From Podarcis erhardii (taxonomy: Eukaryota), in assembly GCA_964252035.1 (NCBI GenBank), contig CAXUOO010000178.1: DNA of 61,777 nt. One strand, written 5' to 3'. Of the stretch, positions 38,694 through 52,007 are shown piece after piece (within the stretch, counting starts at the first letter, position 1; each line of letters opens with the position of its first letter). A program made the position numbers and the translations under genes. The notes beneath the pieces are model-generated. The model made no database searches. It saw only the letters and a program-made list of their open reading frames with translations, and was not told the origin of the DNA.

Positions 38694-41600
38694 ATGAGGC
38701 AGCAACATTACACGTCTCACTGTTCAAGAATAAGAACAGCTTCAGCTAAAGTGGACACCAGTAGCATCAGCAGCCCTCGCAGCCCGGGTGAAACCTCAAC
38801 ACGCGACAGAAGAGTTGGGGCAAGCAGCAGTTGTAGGGGAAAAGCTTTTCAGCGCTCGAGAGAGCAGCCGCCTCCTTTTGCTGCTGCAGAGCGGCCACGT
38901 ATCAATAACAAAATACCCAGCGAACGTAATAGCGTTGGCACCAGGGGCTTCTCTTTCGTTTCAAAGTATTTATGCGGTTACGCATGGAATCAGGCAGAGA
39001 CGCAGATGCGGCCGCCCCAGCAGAGACTTTTATTGGTTTTCGTGGTGCTACTGGGCATGCTGCTAGTGCTGCAATTCAGCGTGTTCATTGTGCTGCTGAC
39101 AGGCAGTCTACTGCAGGCTGACGCTACGTGAGTGACTCTGTACAGTAGCCTAAATCATTCTGAGCAATAGTAGTGACGAGGGTTATGGTTTTTACCAGCA
39201 GCGTCGGTATGCCACAGAAGCGACATGAAAGACGATCGCAATAGCAGCGGCAGCAATTCTAGCACGTCAAAACACCCAACGCCCACTACAAGCGCTCATT
39301 CTGCAGTAAACACGACAAACGGAAAAAGCACTCTGAATAGATGATGATTGATGTAGATGTCCGCAGCAGCAGCAGCAGCATCGTGACCAAAAGCCGCGAC
39401 ACGAGTGTAGACCCGTCCATCAGATCTAACCATCAGCACCTATCGTTGCAGCTCCTTCGTTAGTGTGAGACTTCATTTTGTGTTGGTGTTCTTCGCGCAG
39501 CTATATGTACTGTTGCTGTTGGTTGGTCAACAACGGCTTTCACCACGAGAAGTGGAACTTAGAATGAAAGGAGTCAACCCACCACTATCGCTTACGACAT
39601 GCTGCTGTTAAGTAGTCACTACATATGCATAAAAAACAAAAACAAAAAAACAGAGTATTCGTGCAAACTGTGACGGAAAATTGGCTGACCTCGCTTATGC
39701 GTGAGTTTTAGAATTATCTACGTCATCTTGTACGTTTGGCGATTAAACTATATTGTTGAGTTTTAGATCATAATAATCCACTCCATTTACAAAAACTTGC
39801 CTCTTATCACAATTCATTTGCGTGCGTCTCGTCTTGCATAATTGAAAATTATCATGCTCCTACTTCGTACACTGTTCTGTGAAGACAGTTTTCGTAGATT
39901 TGCTCTAAAAGTCAGGTGTCGATAACATGAGAGGAAGAAATTTACTACGTTTTTTTCGTATTGAAGAGAGAATGAAAAAAAGCAAGTACATATATTGCAA
40001 ACAGGCACATCCGCTTCTACGCAAACATCACATCTAGCCAGCTTCAGTACTCTGAATTTCGTTGTTGGCTGTCTGAATATTCAGGCTTTCGCGGCAAGCA
40101 GCATTTGACGAGCAAACGTCCGCGAGAGTGGATAAGGCAAAGACAGAAACAGCAGTACCCCAGCCAGCGACAGCGGCAGCAGAAGGATCGACTGCTCATC
40201 CACATTTGTCAGACCAAGTTGTAGCAAAGGTTATGCAAGAAGCTGTCTTTCCCTATGCGTATTCATGCCTTATAAGCCTTGCAGCCACCATACCTCTCGC
40301 GCTCGTAAGAAAACGCTGCAGCATCCTATATTCCGAAGCAACCGTATTCGTTGGGACGCGAGCACAGAGTACACCATCTACAACAAGCCTGCCGCGCTGA
40401 TAGCTGCAAAAAGATCAGAAGCAGCAAAGCGGCAGTGCCCAAAACAGACAAGCGCAGCACAACAATTCTAGCATTCTGCAGAAGCCGCACTAAAGCGCGA
40501 TAAGCATGATGGCAGAGACAGGAGAAGCTGTCTCGGTAGTCAGTATAGCAGGATCGAATAGCCGTACCACTCCTTTTGTGTAGTCCAGAGTGGCGTGCCT
40601 AGCTCAGGAGGGATAACATATGTGGATCTGATGATGTTTCCCTCAGTGGCTTAGAAAAGCGTTTGTTAACTTTTTAGATTTGCATATGTAATGGACGTAC
40701 GAGCATTGTCAAAGTAATCTACTCAAATTTGTCGATATATGTGCAACCGCGAGCGTCGCTTATCGTCGCCGAAATGAACATACACATATAGCTACTAGTA
40801 TATACATCTGCAGCTCGACACAATGACAACAAAATAGATAAGACAGGAAACAATGCAGGAGAACAGAAGAGTATTGTGAACCAATCTAATTTGCGTACAC
40901 GCATACGCATTCGCTCGGTAAGAAGATGATGAAGTCATAAAGGCAAAATGATTTTATACACCTGCAGCACATCAACCAGTTCACTTGCGTCTGGGTATAC
41001 TATTGTTGCTGCAGATAATTCTGGTCTGTTTCACGTCGTATAGCAGTACATCTGTGAAGGAGAAAACCTCTTCTACTACTTCGTTAAGCGTTCGACCACT
41101 AGCAGATGGTGCTATCGCCGCCCGAGCGCAACGGTACAGTCGTGGGTGCGGTAGCAGCGAGAGACGGAACTGGAGCAGCAGAAGCGACAGGCCGTGCGAA
41201 GACGTTTGTTGCCATAAAAGGCTTAAAAGAGATGAGCAGCAGTCTTTGGAGTCGCCTGCTGCTGTGCAGAAACGCATTCTGCAAAGCCAGTTTAAAAAGA
41301 CAACCTCAGTGCCTCTAGCACACCAACCAATGCGGCAACAAGAATACCAGCAGAGACACCAAAACAGCGACAGTAGCAGCAAACAAAAACACATGACAGC
41401 AGCAGCCGATCAGCAAGTACACTTAACGAGCTGCTGGGAGAACATTTCAACAAGTTCTGCTGCCCGACGCACCTTGAGCAGCTCCAGTAGATTAGGAAAC
41501 TTGACACGCTTCCGCATGAGCAGGGCGGCAAGGGGTGACAGCAGGCGGCGCCGAAATCGCGCAGCTATTGCAGGGTTAAAGGCAGAAGCTGGAGAAAAAG

Positions 41601-44600
41601 CGACTCCAGTGCGAACACTAATGTTCGCGTGTTATCTAGTGGGATTTTGCGTCTCGATCACTTTTTTTGCAGCTGCAAGAGTACCTCAAACCGCGGTAAG
41701 CAAACATATATGTGTACAGTTTTCAGTAGCCTACGCTCATTCAAGAAGTATAGAAAACTTTTAGGCATGTTTATATCAGAATACTTTCTCTCTAGGTATT
41801 TGAGCTTTTTCCGTGCTTGACGCAGATTCCTACATATCAGTCAGCATCTCTACGCATTCCTTCGCAACTGCTCTAGTTCTTGTGCAGGCTATATCTGGAT
41901 TAAAAAACACGCATTTGTCAATTTTTGAAGCTGCTGCTATCACGGTTTTTGCTACTATGTTGTACCCCTCTCGCGACTACAGTCTCCTTTTTGTCAACTT
42001 GCGCGTAGCTTAAACCATGTTTTCCATTAGCCAGACTCAGCACATAACCAAGAATGGCATACAGGACAATACACTGATACATATACATATATATACATAT
42101 ACATATATATATATATGTTTTTAGGTAAGTGCATTGAATATAGGTGAAACTATTTACATAATTTCGTATGTGTATGCAGAAAGAATGCACATACATGTAC
42201 ATATAACTCAGATATCATACTGAGAAAATTGCAATATGACAGCCTCATATAACTCTGTCGCTACAACATGAATTTGGTGCGTCATTCTTATACGTCTCTA
42301 TCTGTTTTTGGTGCGGATTGAGCTGCAGTGTGGAAAAACATGCCCAATACACTGGACAAGTATGCACAGCGCAGCAGAATGGCTTTTCTTGTTTTTATTT
42401 CTTTTTTGGTGGAGCGGCGCGTTTTTTGCACTGCATCTCTACATTTTAAGACGAAAACACCCGCCAATATATGATTTGCGAGGAGTCCTCACGCGCACAT
42501 GCCGAGACCATCTCGCACCACAAAACCGGCAGCGACTAGCGCCCCAGCACATAACCCGTCAAACGCAGTTTTTCCAGTCAGAACAACAGCTGGAACGGCA
42601 CCATCCCCAGCTTCACCAGCAGCAGATGCACCAGAAGCAGGAACAACTTGTGCAAAAGCAGCAGCAAGACCGAAAGGCTTTAGGCGCTCCTCCTGCTTTA
42701 CCTGTCCCTGCAACGGCTTGCGGAGAAAGCGGCGTCAGTAGAGAGTTGCCTCTATGCTCTGGACTCTGCGACACCAGCGAAGTATTACGTGCTTTACAGT
42801 GTGATAGCAACGACAGCATTAGTGCATTCGACGAGAGTCACACACGCAAGGACTGCAGCAGCGTCGGCAGCTGCAGCACTAAAAACAGCATCGGCTGCAC
42901 GAGATCCAAATCCGATTGTGTGTCAGATGTTTCAAATGCCTCCCGGCTCTCTAAACGCTCTTTTTCCGAAACAAGTCTGGACTCATGTGGTTCTCATTCG
43001 CGTGGACAGGTGCAGAACCTCAGATCAGGGTCTCCCTCATTTGGTGCTGCTGTTCATCCAGATCCGCACACTACGCAGAAACAGCTACTTCACCAAGCAC
43101 ACGTGTTGCCGCTACTTCAGCGCAACTGCAGCAGCACCGCAGGAAGCAGTGAACATTATTATGCGGAGTGCAGCACTGAGACCACCTGCTGCACCACTAG
43201 CAGCAACAGCGAATTTAGTTCGCCTCTGTCTTCGGAAGACCGCAGCCCTGAAGAAAGAAACACCATCGATCTGCAACAGCTAACACGCGACTCTCCACAA
43301 GGTTTTGCCTCTCTAGCGTCTTTTCTGGCAAGAGCAGCAACAGCAGCAGACGAAACACCCACCGGAGCACTATGTGCACCTAGTTTGCCAAGCAATTCTT
43401 GCGGCCACTCGATAACAACGCAGGCAGCGTCTGCCATATTTGAATCCGAAATTCACACTACAGCAGAGGCTACTGCTTTGGCAGATGGCAGTTTCGTGGT
43501 GCCGCGTACAGAGGAAGCTTCCAGCAGCAGACACGCTAAAGAATCAGAGGCTCCTCGAGCACCATCAGGACCAGTTCGCCCAAGCGTTGTTATTTGCAAT
43601 TCGACGGTTTTAAGTGAAGGCCATTGCGTGCAACGAACACCGTGCAATAGAAATTTGCATGCATCCACGCCGCCAAATCATCAGGAGTTAAGTGGTGGAA
43701 AACTTTTAGCAACGAGCGTGCCGACAGAGAAAGCAGGCTTATTTAGACCTCCCCATCAGCTGCACCAACGTGAAGAGCAGCAGACTCAACTACAGGTATC
43801 TTATACGCAGTCTAACCAGAAGGAAAGTTCTCCTTCTCTGCATCAACAGCAACAAGAACCTCCGTTCGCTAACCGACAGCTGCAGCCAGTACCGATATTG
43901 CCGCTATCCCCTGCCGACTATCAGAAACAGCTCCAGCAGCGGCTTCATGAGTTGTCCCAGCAGCGTTTGCATCAACTGGATGAGGCCCATTTACAGGAAT
44001 CACGGCACCATTCACTTCAGCAGCAACTGCATACAGGATTCACTGCAGGAGAAAAGAGAGTCGGGACAGGACTAGCACAACAAGATTGCGGGAAAGATGC
44101 TGGATTGCTGCAGGTGCTGTGGCCAGTTGCTGGCGAGCAGCAGGCAACGTTGCTGCAGCGAGTTTTTGATAGAGGAACATCGAAGTTTGCTGCTGTACTC
44201 CCACGGAAAAGAACTTCCACTCTGGGGAAGCTTTATCACGTGAGTGGAGTTTACTCGCGTCGACAGTCTACACCGGACTCGTTCAGACATGATGCAGCTA
44301 CTTTCGGCAATTTGCTTCAGCAGCAGCACCAGCTGCATGCGCCGCTTCCTGTCGTGAGAGGGCGCCAATCACGTCATAGTCTCAAGGAAAGCATGTAAAT
44401 TGCAGCAGCCGCCCCGCTGTGTGCTTTGTTTTTCTAAAGCTGCGGTGAAGAATACCTCGTTTGTGCTGTGGCAGAAACAACTGCAAAGGTATATTTGCAG
44501 CTGCTAATAATGTTTTGTCTCATCGCCACACATTTGGAGAGAGTCAAAAACGCTGGCAAAGAAGCGCATAGGCAGCTTAGCAGAGCACTTGAACCGCTAA

Positions 44601-44953
44601 AGTGAGATGTTCGATCAGCTGTATGAGTAATAATAAGTGATGGGTGAAGTCTTATAGCGAACCACCACTAGCACCAAAAGCAGAGCCAGCGGCAGGACAA
44701 TTAGAGCTTGTCCAGCTGCAACGGCAGCAGCAGCGATGTCAAAGACGAAGCCGTTAAGCAGACAATATATGCGCAGTCGGTGTGCGGCGCAGCTGGGTGG
44801 TTTGCCAAGGTAGAAGCTTCATCATTGTACGCGCAGCAACAGGAGAACGCGAACATTCACGTTGCATGTGGCCATGTAACCGAAGAATTACCCCCACCTG
44901 GGCACTTCCAGAGGCGCACCTTCACCCAGCTGCAAACGTGGAACAAATCATGA
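38694..44953 (+). CDS. Unrecognised multi-pass membrane protein (~1249 aa, ~5 predicted TM helices, long Q/S/C-rich C-terminal region); intact copy B
   Basis: Exons 38694-39127 (MRQ...TM1, AC|GTGAGT), 40085-40304 (..IPLAL|GTAAGA), 40472-40535 (ttctag|CAT...G|GTAGTC), 40968-41695 (TM3, TM4, GCG|GTAAGC), 42329-44394 (CGKTCPIHW..TM5..AT|GTAAAT) and 44716-44953 sum to 3750 nt with all phases compatible. Splice sites are conserved in copy A, and exon 1 shows mostly synonymous or conservative substitutions between copies. The 3' end and optional exon 41888-42004 are uncertain. Confidence 0.78.
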
Positions 44954-46020
44954 CTCGTGAACAGAGAGAAAAAATTGAAGAGAACGTGTACTACCTGAAA
45001 ACAGCGTAGTATCCTGCTTAGGATCGACATGCTCTCGTGCCGGTCAAAATGTGAAACAGATAACGGCTGAGAAATCCAGATTTTACTGATATTTCAATGA
45101 TTCAGCAGTTCAAGAAGACAAACAGTGCACTGTATTGTTGATAGGCTTTGGTGCTCTCAAATGGTGACGTAAATGTTGAAGGTGGCTACGCAGAACGACA
45201 CGTCAATCAAAGCCAGGCTGCTTTTTGACCGGCAATTTTTTAAGCGATATTGCTAGCCTGACAGCAAGACGAAGCGGAACAGAAGCCGTGATCCGTCAAT
45301 TTCAAAAGTTTGATGCTTTTGCCTCTTAGTGCATAAGATGCAAAAGCCGCAGAAATTGTAAAGCGCAAAAGCCCACACTGGTCAATGTTTCTTAGCTTGG
45401 AATCTATACGTGTAGAGGCTTTTCCAGTGCTGGTCAAATATACATATACAAGTATACTCATTTTTAATATAAGGCAATGATATCAGAATGTGTACCAGTT
45501 TGATATGACAGCGGAATAAGGTCTTGCGTTTCGATAGAGGCTTTGTTCCAAACTGTTACGCACTCTGCAAGAGCGAGATTTTTCTCTTAGCCATTTTCCT
45601 CTCGCTTATATCGCTTATTCCGTAAGGACACCCTCAGTCCTATACGTGCACTGTACCGTTGCTTAAATAAACAGCGTCGTAAAAGAGCAAATTGCATTTG
45701 CCGCTGTAAAGGTATAAATCAGTTCAATATATATTAGGCGAGCGCCACGTAACTTTATTAATGTAGTTGCTGCTGCTCAGCGCGTCAGCAATATCCAAAT
45801 GGTTTTTTTAACTGTCTAGTACCGTACAGAGAAGCAAGAGAATCGTTTATGCGTTTAAGGTGGTGTTAATCCGCATGCCTTTCGCTGTAGTTCTTGATAG
45901 AGTTGCACTAGGTATTGCTGCGTTCGAAACAAAAATCGTCCCTCACCGGAAAAAGCTGCAACAGCTCATGTGTTGCACGCACATTAAGAGAATGTCAATT
46001 GTCTTATGTGGTTCAAGGAT

Positions 46021-46530
46021 GCATGCGTGTGCAGCAGTAAATCAGTGTGTTTGCTTCGTGCTTCTTGGAATACCTTGTATAAGGAATAGTAAGTTTTACG
46101 TACTCATTGATCCTATGGATGGACCATTAACGTTTTGACGGAGAATACTGCTATTTGCAAAGGTTGTTAGTAGAGCAGAACTACGACTGAACTCTAGCAT
46201 CACATATATCCAAAAATGTAGAAGAATTAAAAATCCCTCCCACATTGTCGCACACTATATGTATGATTCAAGAACGCATGCCTGTGTACAGCTGTAAATC
46301 AGTGTGTTAGCTTCATCTTCTTGAAAGAGAAACATTTTATGTCCTGAATAGCGCCTTCTACGTACTCAATAATTTTATGGAGGGAACGCTGATGTTACAA
46401 CTGAGAATCCTGCTGTGCAAAGGGTGAGTGGAGCAGAACTATGGCTGAGTTCTACTATAACATATAACTAAATGTAAAAGATAAAACACTCCGCCCCCAC
46501 TGTCGCAAACCATGTGCAACTGAAGCAACC
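46021..46530. repeat. Diverged tandem duplication, period ~257 bp x2 (single copy at ~25550-25830 in copy A)
   Basis: gtaaatcagtgtgtt at 46037 and 46294. gagcagaacta and tgtcgca recur at the same spacing. Confidence 0.85.
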
Positions 46531-47071
46531 GCACTTTTTTTAAATTTTTGGCGTATAAGGACAGCGCAGCCTCTGATTCAGAGCCACTGACTTGCTGGGG
46601 CGATAAGCTCGGTTTTTCATCCAGACATTTGTAGAGTACAATATACAGCCTTAATTCTACAAGTATTACCGGTGAAGCTCTGAGATGTGACATATGCTGA
46701 GGTTTTTTGGTACATAGGGAAGAAAGCAGTTTGAGAGCGAATATGTCACTTTGTTATCCACGCCCTCTACCAGGACAAAAACATTCAAAAGTGAGAAACT
46801 GCTTGTAACATTCAGATTGTGGGACAGCAGAGCAGTGCGCTGTCAAAAGTGCTTGAACAAGTAGAGTAGCACGGATGAATAGGATGCACAGGCGACGGAA
46901 ACCTAAAGAAATATGGCGGAATCATTAGTGGCGATTGGCAAACAAACAGAGAGAGACACGAAATATACGCTACACATATGTACATAGCTATTTTGTATGC
47001 ATGTAAATATGGAATTTTCTGGTTATGTACGCTTGCAAAATACATATAAAGATATATCAATCCCTTATTCA

Positions 47072-47239
47072 CGTGTATAGCTTCTGTAGATCTCATCAAT
47101 GTAAATACCAGTGTGCACATCAATAGGTGTCTTCGTAAAACGGGGGCGCAGCTCGCGTGTATAGCTTTAGTAGATCTGCTCAATGTAACTACCAATATGC
47201 ACATTTGAAGGCGCTTTGGTAAAACGGGGGCGTGTTGCG
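47072..47239. repeat. Tandem repeat, period 84 bp x2
   Basis: cgtgtatagctt..gtagatct..tcaatgtaa.tacca...tgcacat...gtaaaacgggggcg at 47072 and 47156. Confidence 0.9.
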
Positions 47240-48987
47240 TATCAGTGTTGGGGAGTGAAATGCAGCGTAGACGCATTCGCTGTAACTGAAAGGTTTTCCT
47301 TGCTGAATACACAGGGGAAAGGGAGAGCAGACTATATTCAATTTGTGGTGCTGCGGCACTTCGCCACCATTGGATATTATGTTTGCTACTGTAGCTGCAT
47401 ACTGACAAAACTGTAGTTTATCAAGCTCGCGATGGATTGCTTTTTATTAACGATGACGCGCAGCGCACACGAAAAGCAATGGCTAGAAGTCGGCTTTTCA
47501 ACCGATGAGCAATTCTGATGAATATTCGGCAATTTAATAGAAACCTAGCTGATTCTGGAGCGTTTGGGGCACGAAGCTGCTAGCACAATAGGATTCGAAA
47601 TTTTCCCGACACGCAGATTTTACACAATTACTGGGGGTAAGGCGAAAGAAGTTAGTTTTTTTAATCGCAACCACAGCATATTATTTTTCTACAAACTTTT
47701 GGCTCACGCATACTACGCCATCTAGAGTCCGAATAATGGAAGACCATTTTCCAAACTATCAGGCCTACCTTTTAAGTTAGGGTGGCAGAGTTCCATTGGT
47801 GAGACATTAGTAATCAATATCGCTGAAGTTAGTCGTTCTAAGTTTCGCAGACCAGTCTTGTCAAAGAATATGAAGGTCGCAACAAAAGGTCTTGAATGAA
47901 GGGTACATTTTCTCCTGGTACAAGCTCAGATGAAACGGCTTTCTTTACTTGTTATCATCAAGAAGAGGTCACGAGTGCGGATGTATATGTAGGTCTTTCT
48001 TAAAATCAACGAGAAGATTGTAACAATGGGTCTAGATTAGAATGTACTTATTCCCCTAGTATAACCTGTTAAAAACTTTCCATTTTTCTGTTGTAAGTTT
48101 GTCAAAGAGTCCACATGATGAGTTTTAATTTATGTAGTTGTTCGGGGAAAATAAAGCAACCTGTGCGTGTATGTGTGCATCTATATGTATTATTTGATGT
48201 TTCTCCCGTAATGACAATTTGAAGAAAAGAAAACTAAGCAATCTGTTTCTGTCATTCATGCTTGACGTCTTCATTTTTCAAAACCTTGCTGTCACTAGCG
48301 CCATGGTGGACCATATAAAAATTCACATAGTTGATGAATTCGTTCATATGATGACTATTGGAAGTAAAGAAAACTAAACCGTCTGAATTTATCTTTCGTC
48401 CGCCACGTCTTCCTCTTCATAAATTTACCGGCATGATTCACACCTGATGTGCTTATCAGGCTCTCTACCTGGGAAGTTATAAGAAGAGATTTCAAACGTC
48501 AAGCCATATATCTGACAACGAATTGTAAATCCTCAATTTGTTTGCTTATTTGAGGAATTCTTGTGAACTCCAAATGCGCGCATCACGATTTGTCGAAAAC
48601 AGCTTCCCAAACTTGTCGTCTAGGGGGGCTTTACTTGTCACACAGGCGAAAGAATGGTCTTGTTAAATCTTTATCACTGTAACTAATCAAAGGTTTGGGC
48701 GCTCATGATGTTCCACATGTGCACGCTTGCTTTTGCGCATCCACATGATTCTGCAGCATTGTAAAATTTACACGCTTAGTGGAGACAGTATACATTTTGA
48801 AGGCAGAAATATACTTATACTCTAGTATACAAGCATCTATGTGGAAATATCTAATCGGTTCTTCCGCTTCGGGAGCTTCTCAGATGGTAGAATGTGCACG
48901 CTTTTGAAATTTTACATGCTCTTACATATACACTTTTAAGAATATATAGACACCATGTTCATAGATGTGATTATTATCAAAAATGCA

Positions 48988-48990
<3 letters not shown>

Positions 48991-49026
<36 letters not shown>
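48991..49026. repeat. (AT)18 microsatellite
   Basis: Read directly from the sequence. Confidence 0.95.
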
Positions 49027-49029
<3 letters not shown>

Positions 49030-52007
49030 ACTAATTACACGTATATTGAATGAATGTAATATCTAATCGTGCTTAACAACATTTATACATATATCAATAT
49101 ATGATACAGTATACGCGGTAATTCGCTACTTCACAGTTTGCAACGGAAAGATTTACTACTCATCTATTTGACGGAAATTCATGCTAAGAGTTGAACGCTT
49201 GAATGCACTCAGTTTGCTCCCATCATGTACAAAACGAGCAGCAGTTATAAATACGTAGCGCTGATATCCTTATTCTTTACCTGCTTATGCCGATGTACAC
49301 TAGTAAAATCCGGGTTCAAACTCAGAAATAAATAGTGAAAGGCAAGCCTGCTGCTTTGTGCCCACTGCTTTGAAGGTCATTCCTCGAGTCTTTGCATTAC
49401 AAAAACTACAGATATCGAATGTGCATGGACTGGTGTTAGTATAATAAAAGAAACGCGACTACGTTCAGGAATCTCCATGCCGCAGATGCATCTTCGTGGT
49501 TCTCTCGTCTGACTGACCAAAAAGTTACAAAGAACCCTCATCCAGTTGATTGTGACGTAGCTGATGCACGTTGCGAATGCAGCTGCACACATGCACACTT
49601 CGATTTATAATCCTATAGCCTTCACATCAACAGCATCCCCGGAAGGTGCGGTATGTGTAATTTCACGTTCGCTTTATTTTGTTCCACTTCCGCCGTCAAG
49701 CAACACATATTTCTTAACATAGGGCTGATGAGTGCCAGCGAGAGAGTCACTTGCTCTTGTCGCAGCTTTCCGGCAGGCTGTGCTATCACTTCTCCACTAT
49801 CTGTAGCTTTCGATACAAAGTCTCGATGGAAACTTTGAATTTGCTATATTGCAGTTGAAGCGCTTGACATGGTGAAATATTTGACGCTAGACTTCTGAAT
49901 TTTCGCTGTTAGACCTCGTCCAATTGGCCCTTCGGCACCGTTTCCTGCAGCGTCTACGCCGTTGACAAAAATCTGGCTTGTAGAGAGCATTTATGTGAGC
50001 TAGAGTAAACTACGACATTCACGCAACGGAACTGCTAAGGTGGGGGAGTTTCCACGGTGCAAACCTAGAGATGAAGCACGAGTGCTTGAAGTTAGCCACC
50101 AGCTACATATGCTGAGATTGTTTTTGCTACCACGCTGAGTGTTACGCATGTTAGACGTCACATTCTTGCGTTGTTTCTTTGTGGCTGGTATTGCTAGCAG
50201 GCGATGAATTTCCATTCGAATCTGCTAATAAAAAGTTTTTTGGGGGCGTCAGCTTCACCTTTAAAATGCCTTTTTAAAACGCTCTTGCACTGCCGGCAGC
50301 AGCAGCAGCAGCAGGGACGATTGGCAGCTTACGCACGGCAGGAGGTGCTGCAGTCGGAGTTAAAACTGCTTCAACGTTATACTCAAACAAGTCTCTCAAA
50401 AAAGAACGGCTCGCAAACAACGGCGAGAGAAGAAAAGTGTGGAAAACTTTTATTAGTGTTGGACGCAAGAGTCCGTGCATAACATACAGATTTAACGTAT
50501 GTCCTTATTATGTATAGCTCCTATCAGCAGTAGGAAACAACTTGTTCACGCATCAAATTTCAGAAGCTAAAGAGAACTGACAGAGTTGCCCAGACAATTG
50601 TGTGGACGTTCTTGACGTGAAACGAGTCCCCTACTTTATATATTGCAAGATAAATTATCGATCGATATGTGATTCGGCGAGAATCCATATGCTGCGTACA
50701 GAAGCGGTGGAGCGAATTTCTCACATTAACGATTTCTTACTTATCGACATGATACACAGAGGCAACTCATTAGAGTACAACGTTGTATTACACCACTGCA
50801 ACAATAAATTCTTCCCTTTTCATTTAGCGCGAAAGAAAAGGAAGTCATTACTGGTCTACAGTATCAAGTATTGACTTGTGAAGTACGCAGAGCTGACTGC
50901 ATAAAGACAACGTATGGTAAGCTATATTATGTTCTACAAGTTCGTACACTAAGCTACCAGTACGACCGTGGCACACCACGCAAAATAATGTCTGTTGTCG
51001 CACCCTCGTCAGGAAAAAAAACTCCATATAAACGATAGTCACTGCATTGATAGTAGTAGGCGTAGGCTTTTTTTGCATTACAAGTAAAGGGAGTGACTGC
51101 ATCCACTTAGCGAAACAGCAGAGATAGTGGCAGCGCTACACAAAAGAGAAGTTGGAAAAAAAAAGCAAGTTGCGAAACGACTACGCTTACATGTCTAAAT
51201 CTTCTGCTTGCTATGCTTCTGACAATGTACACTATACCTGGATCGATATTTATAATGCTCTATTGATAGATCAATAAAATATAAAAACTTACACACCGGA
51301 ATATATTTGTATATTATCGGAACTAGTATATATGAAACGTGACGTTACGATCCTCCATCCATATAGAGATGCACCATTGTTAAATAAATCTGTACTTGAT
51401 GGCAGTGATGTCGCACACACAGACTTTCAAACTTGGCAGGACTTACGGACCTGGATGCAAGATAACACATACACTTCAGATTCGCGGATTCTTTTAATCT
51501 TGCATGTTCATTACCTTTACTCCTTCATAGTGGCCACCATCGCTAAGCAGGATTGAGGAACAATGTATTTTCCTGCAGCTAAGCGCAGTCGATCTCAAAG
51601 AGATACTGCCTTTTATAACAAGACAAGTATAGTTTTCTACAAATAATTTGAGTTGCTGCCCTCCAGTTGCGGGCAAGCGGGATTAGCAACAGCACCTGCA
51701 CTAATGACCCTACTGGCATAAGTCTACGTGAGCAGCGACAGCGACGGGAGCGCATGCCACGCCCGCACAAACACCCATACAATTGTGGCACCAGGTAAAA
51801 TGTTACGGCATAGCTTTTGTACACTCTCCAGGTGTATATCCTTTTTGTGTAACAAAACTGAAAAACTAGCGGGCAGCTCTGCTGTAATAGGAGCCGGTCG
51901 CCACGTTCCGCTGTGCCTCCATCATGAGGCGATGTATGTGTACATTATATTCGCACTATTCTGTTGCTTTTTTTCGGATTTCGCTTCCTTTCTTTTACTT
52001 TAACTTC

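Larger units (their letters stand above)
33230..46675 (+). repeat. Segmental direct duplication, copy B (~13.4 kb)
   Basis: Collinear with 12780-25985. Paired ORFs in the track (20507/40985 259 aa; 21830/42308) are nearly identical. Confidence 0.93.

Noticed and set aside
46812-47408. 198-aa minus-strand ORF with a 28-aa internal repeat
   Set aside because: Its length is explained by the 84-bp tandem repeat, and the composition is not protein-like.
47840-47890. FIFFDKTG resembling the P-type ATPase phosphorylation site
   Set aside because: Followed by LRN rather than TLT, and no other P-type motifs (TGES, GDGxND) are nearby.
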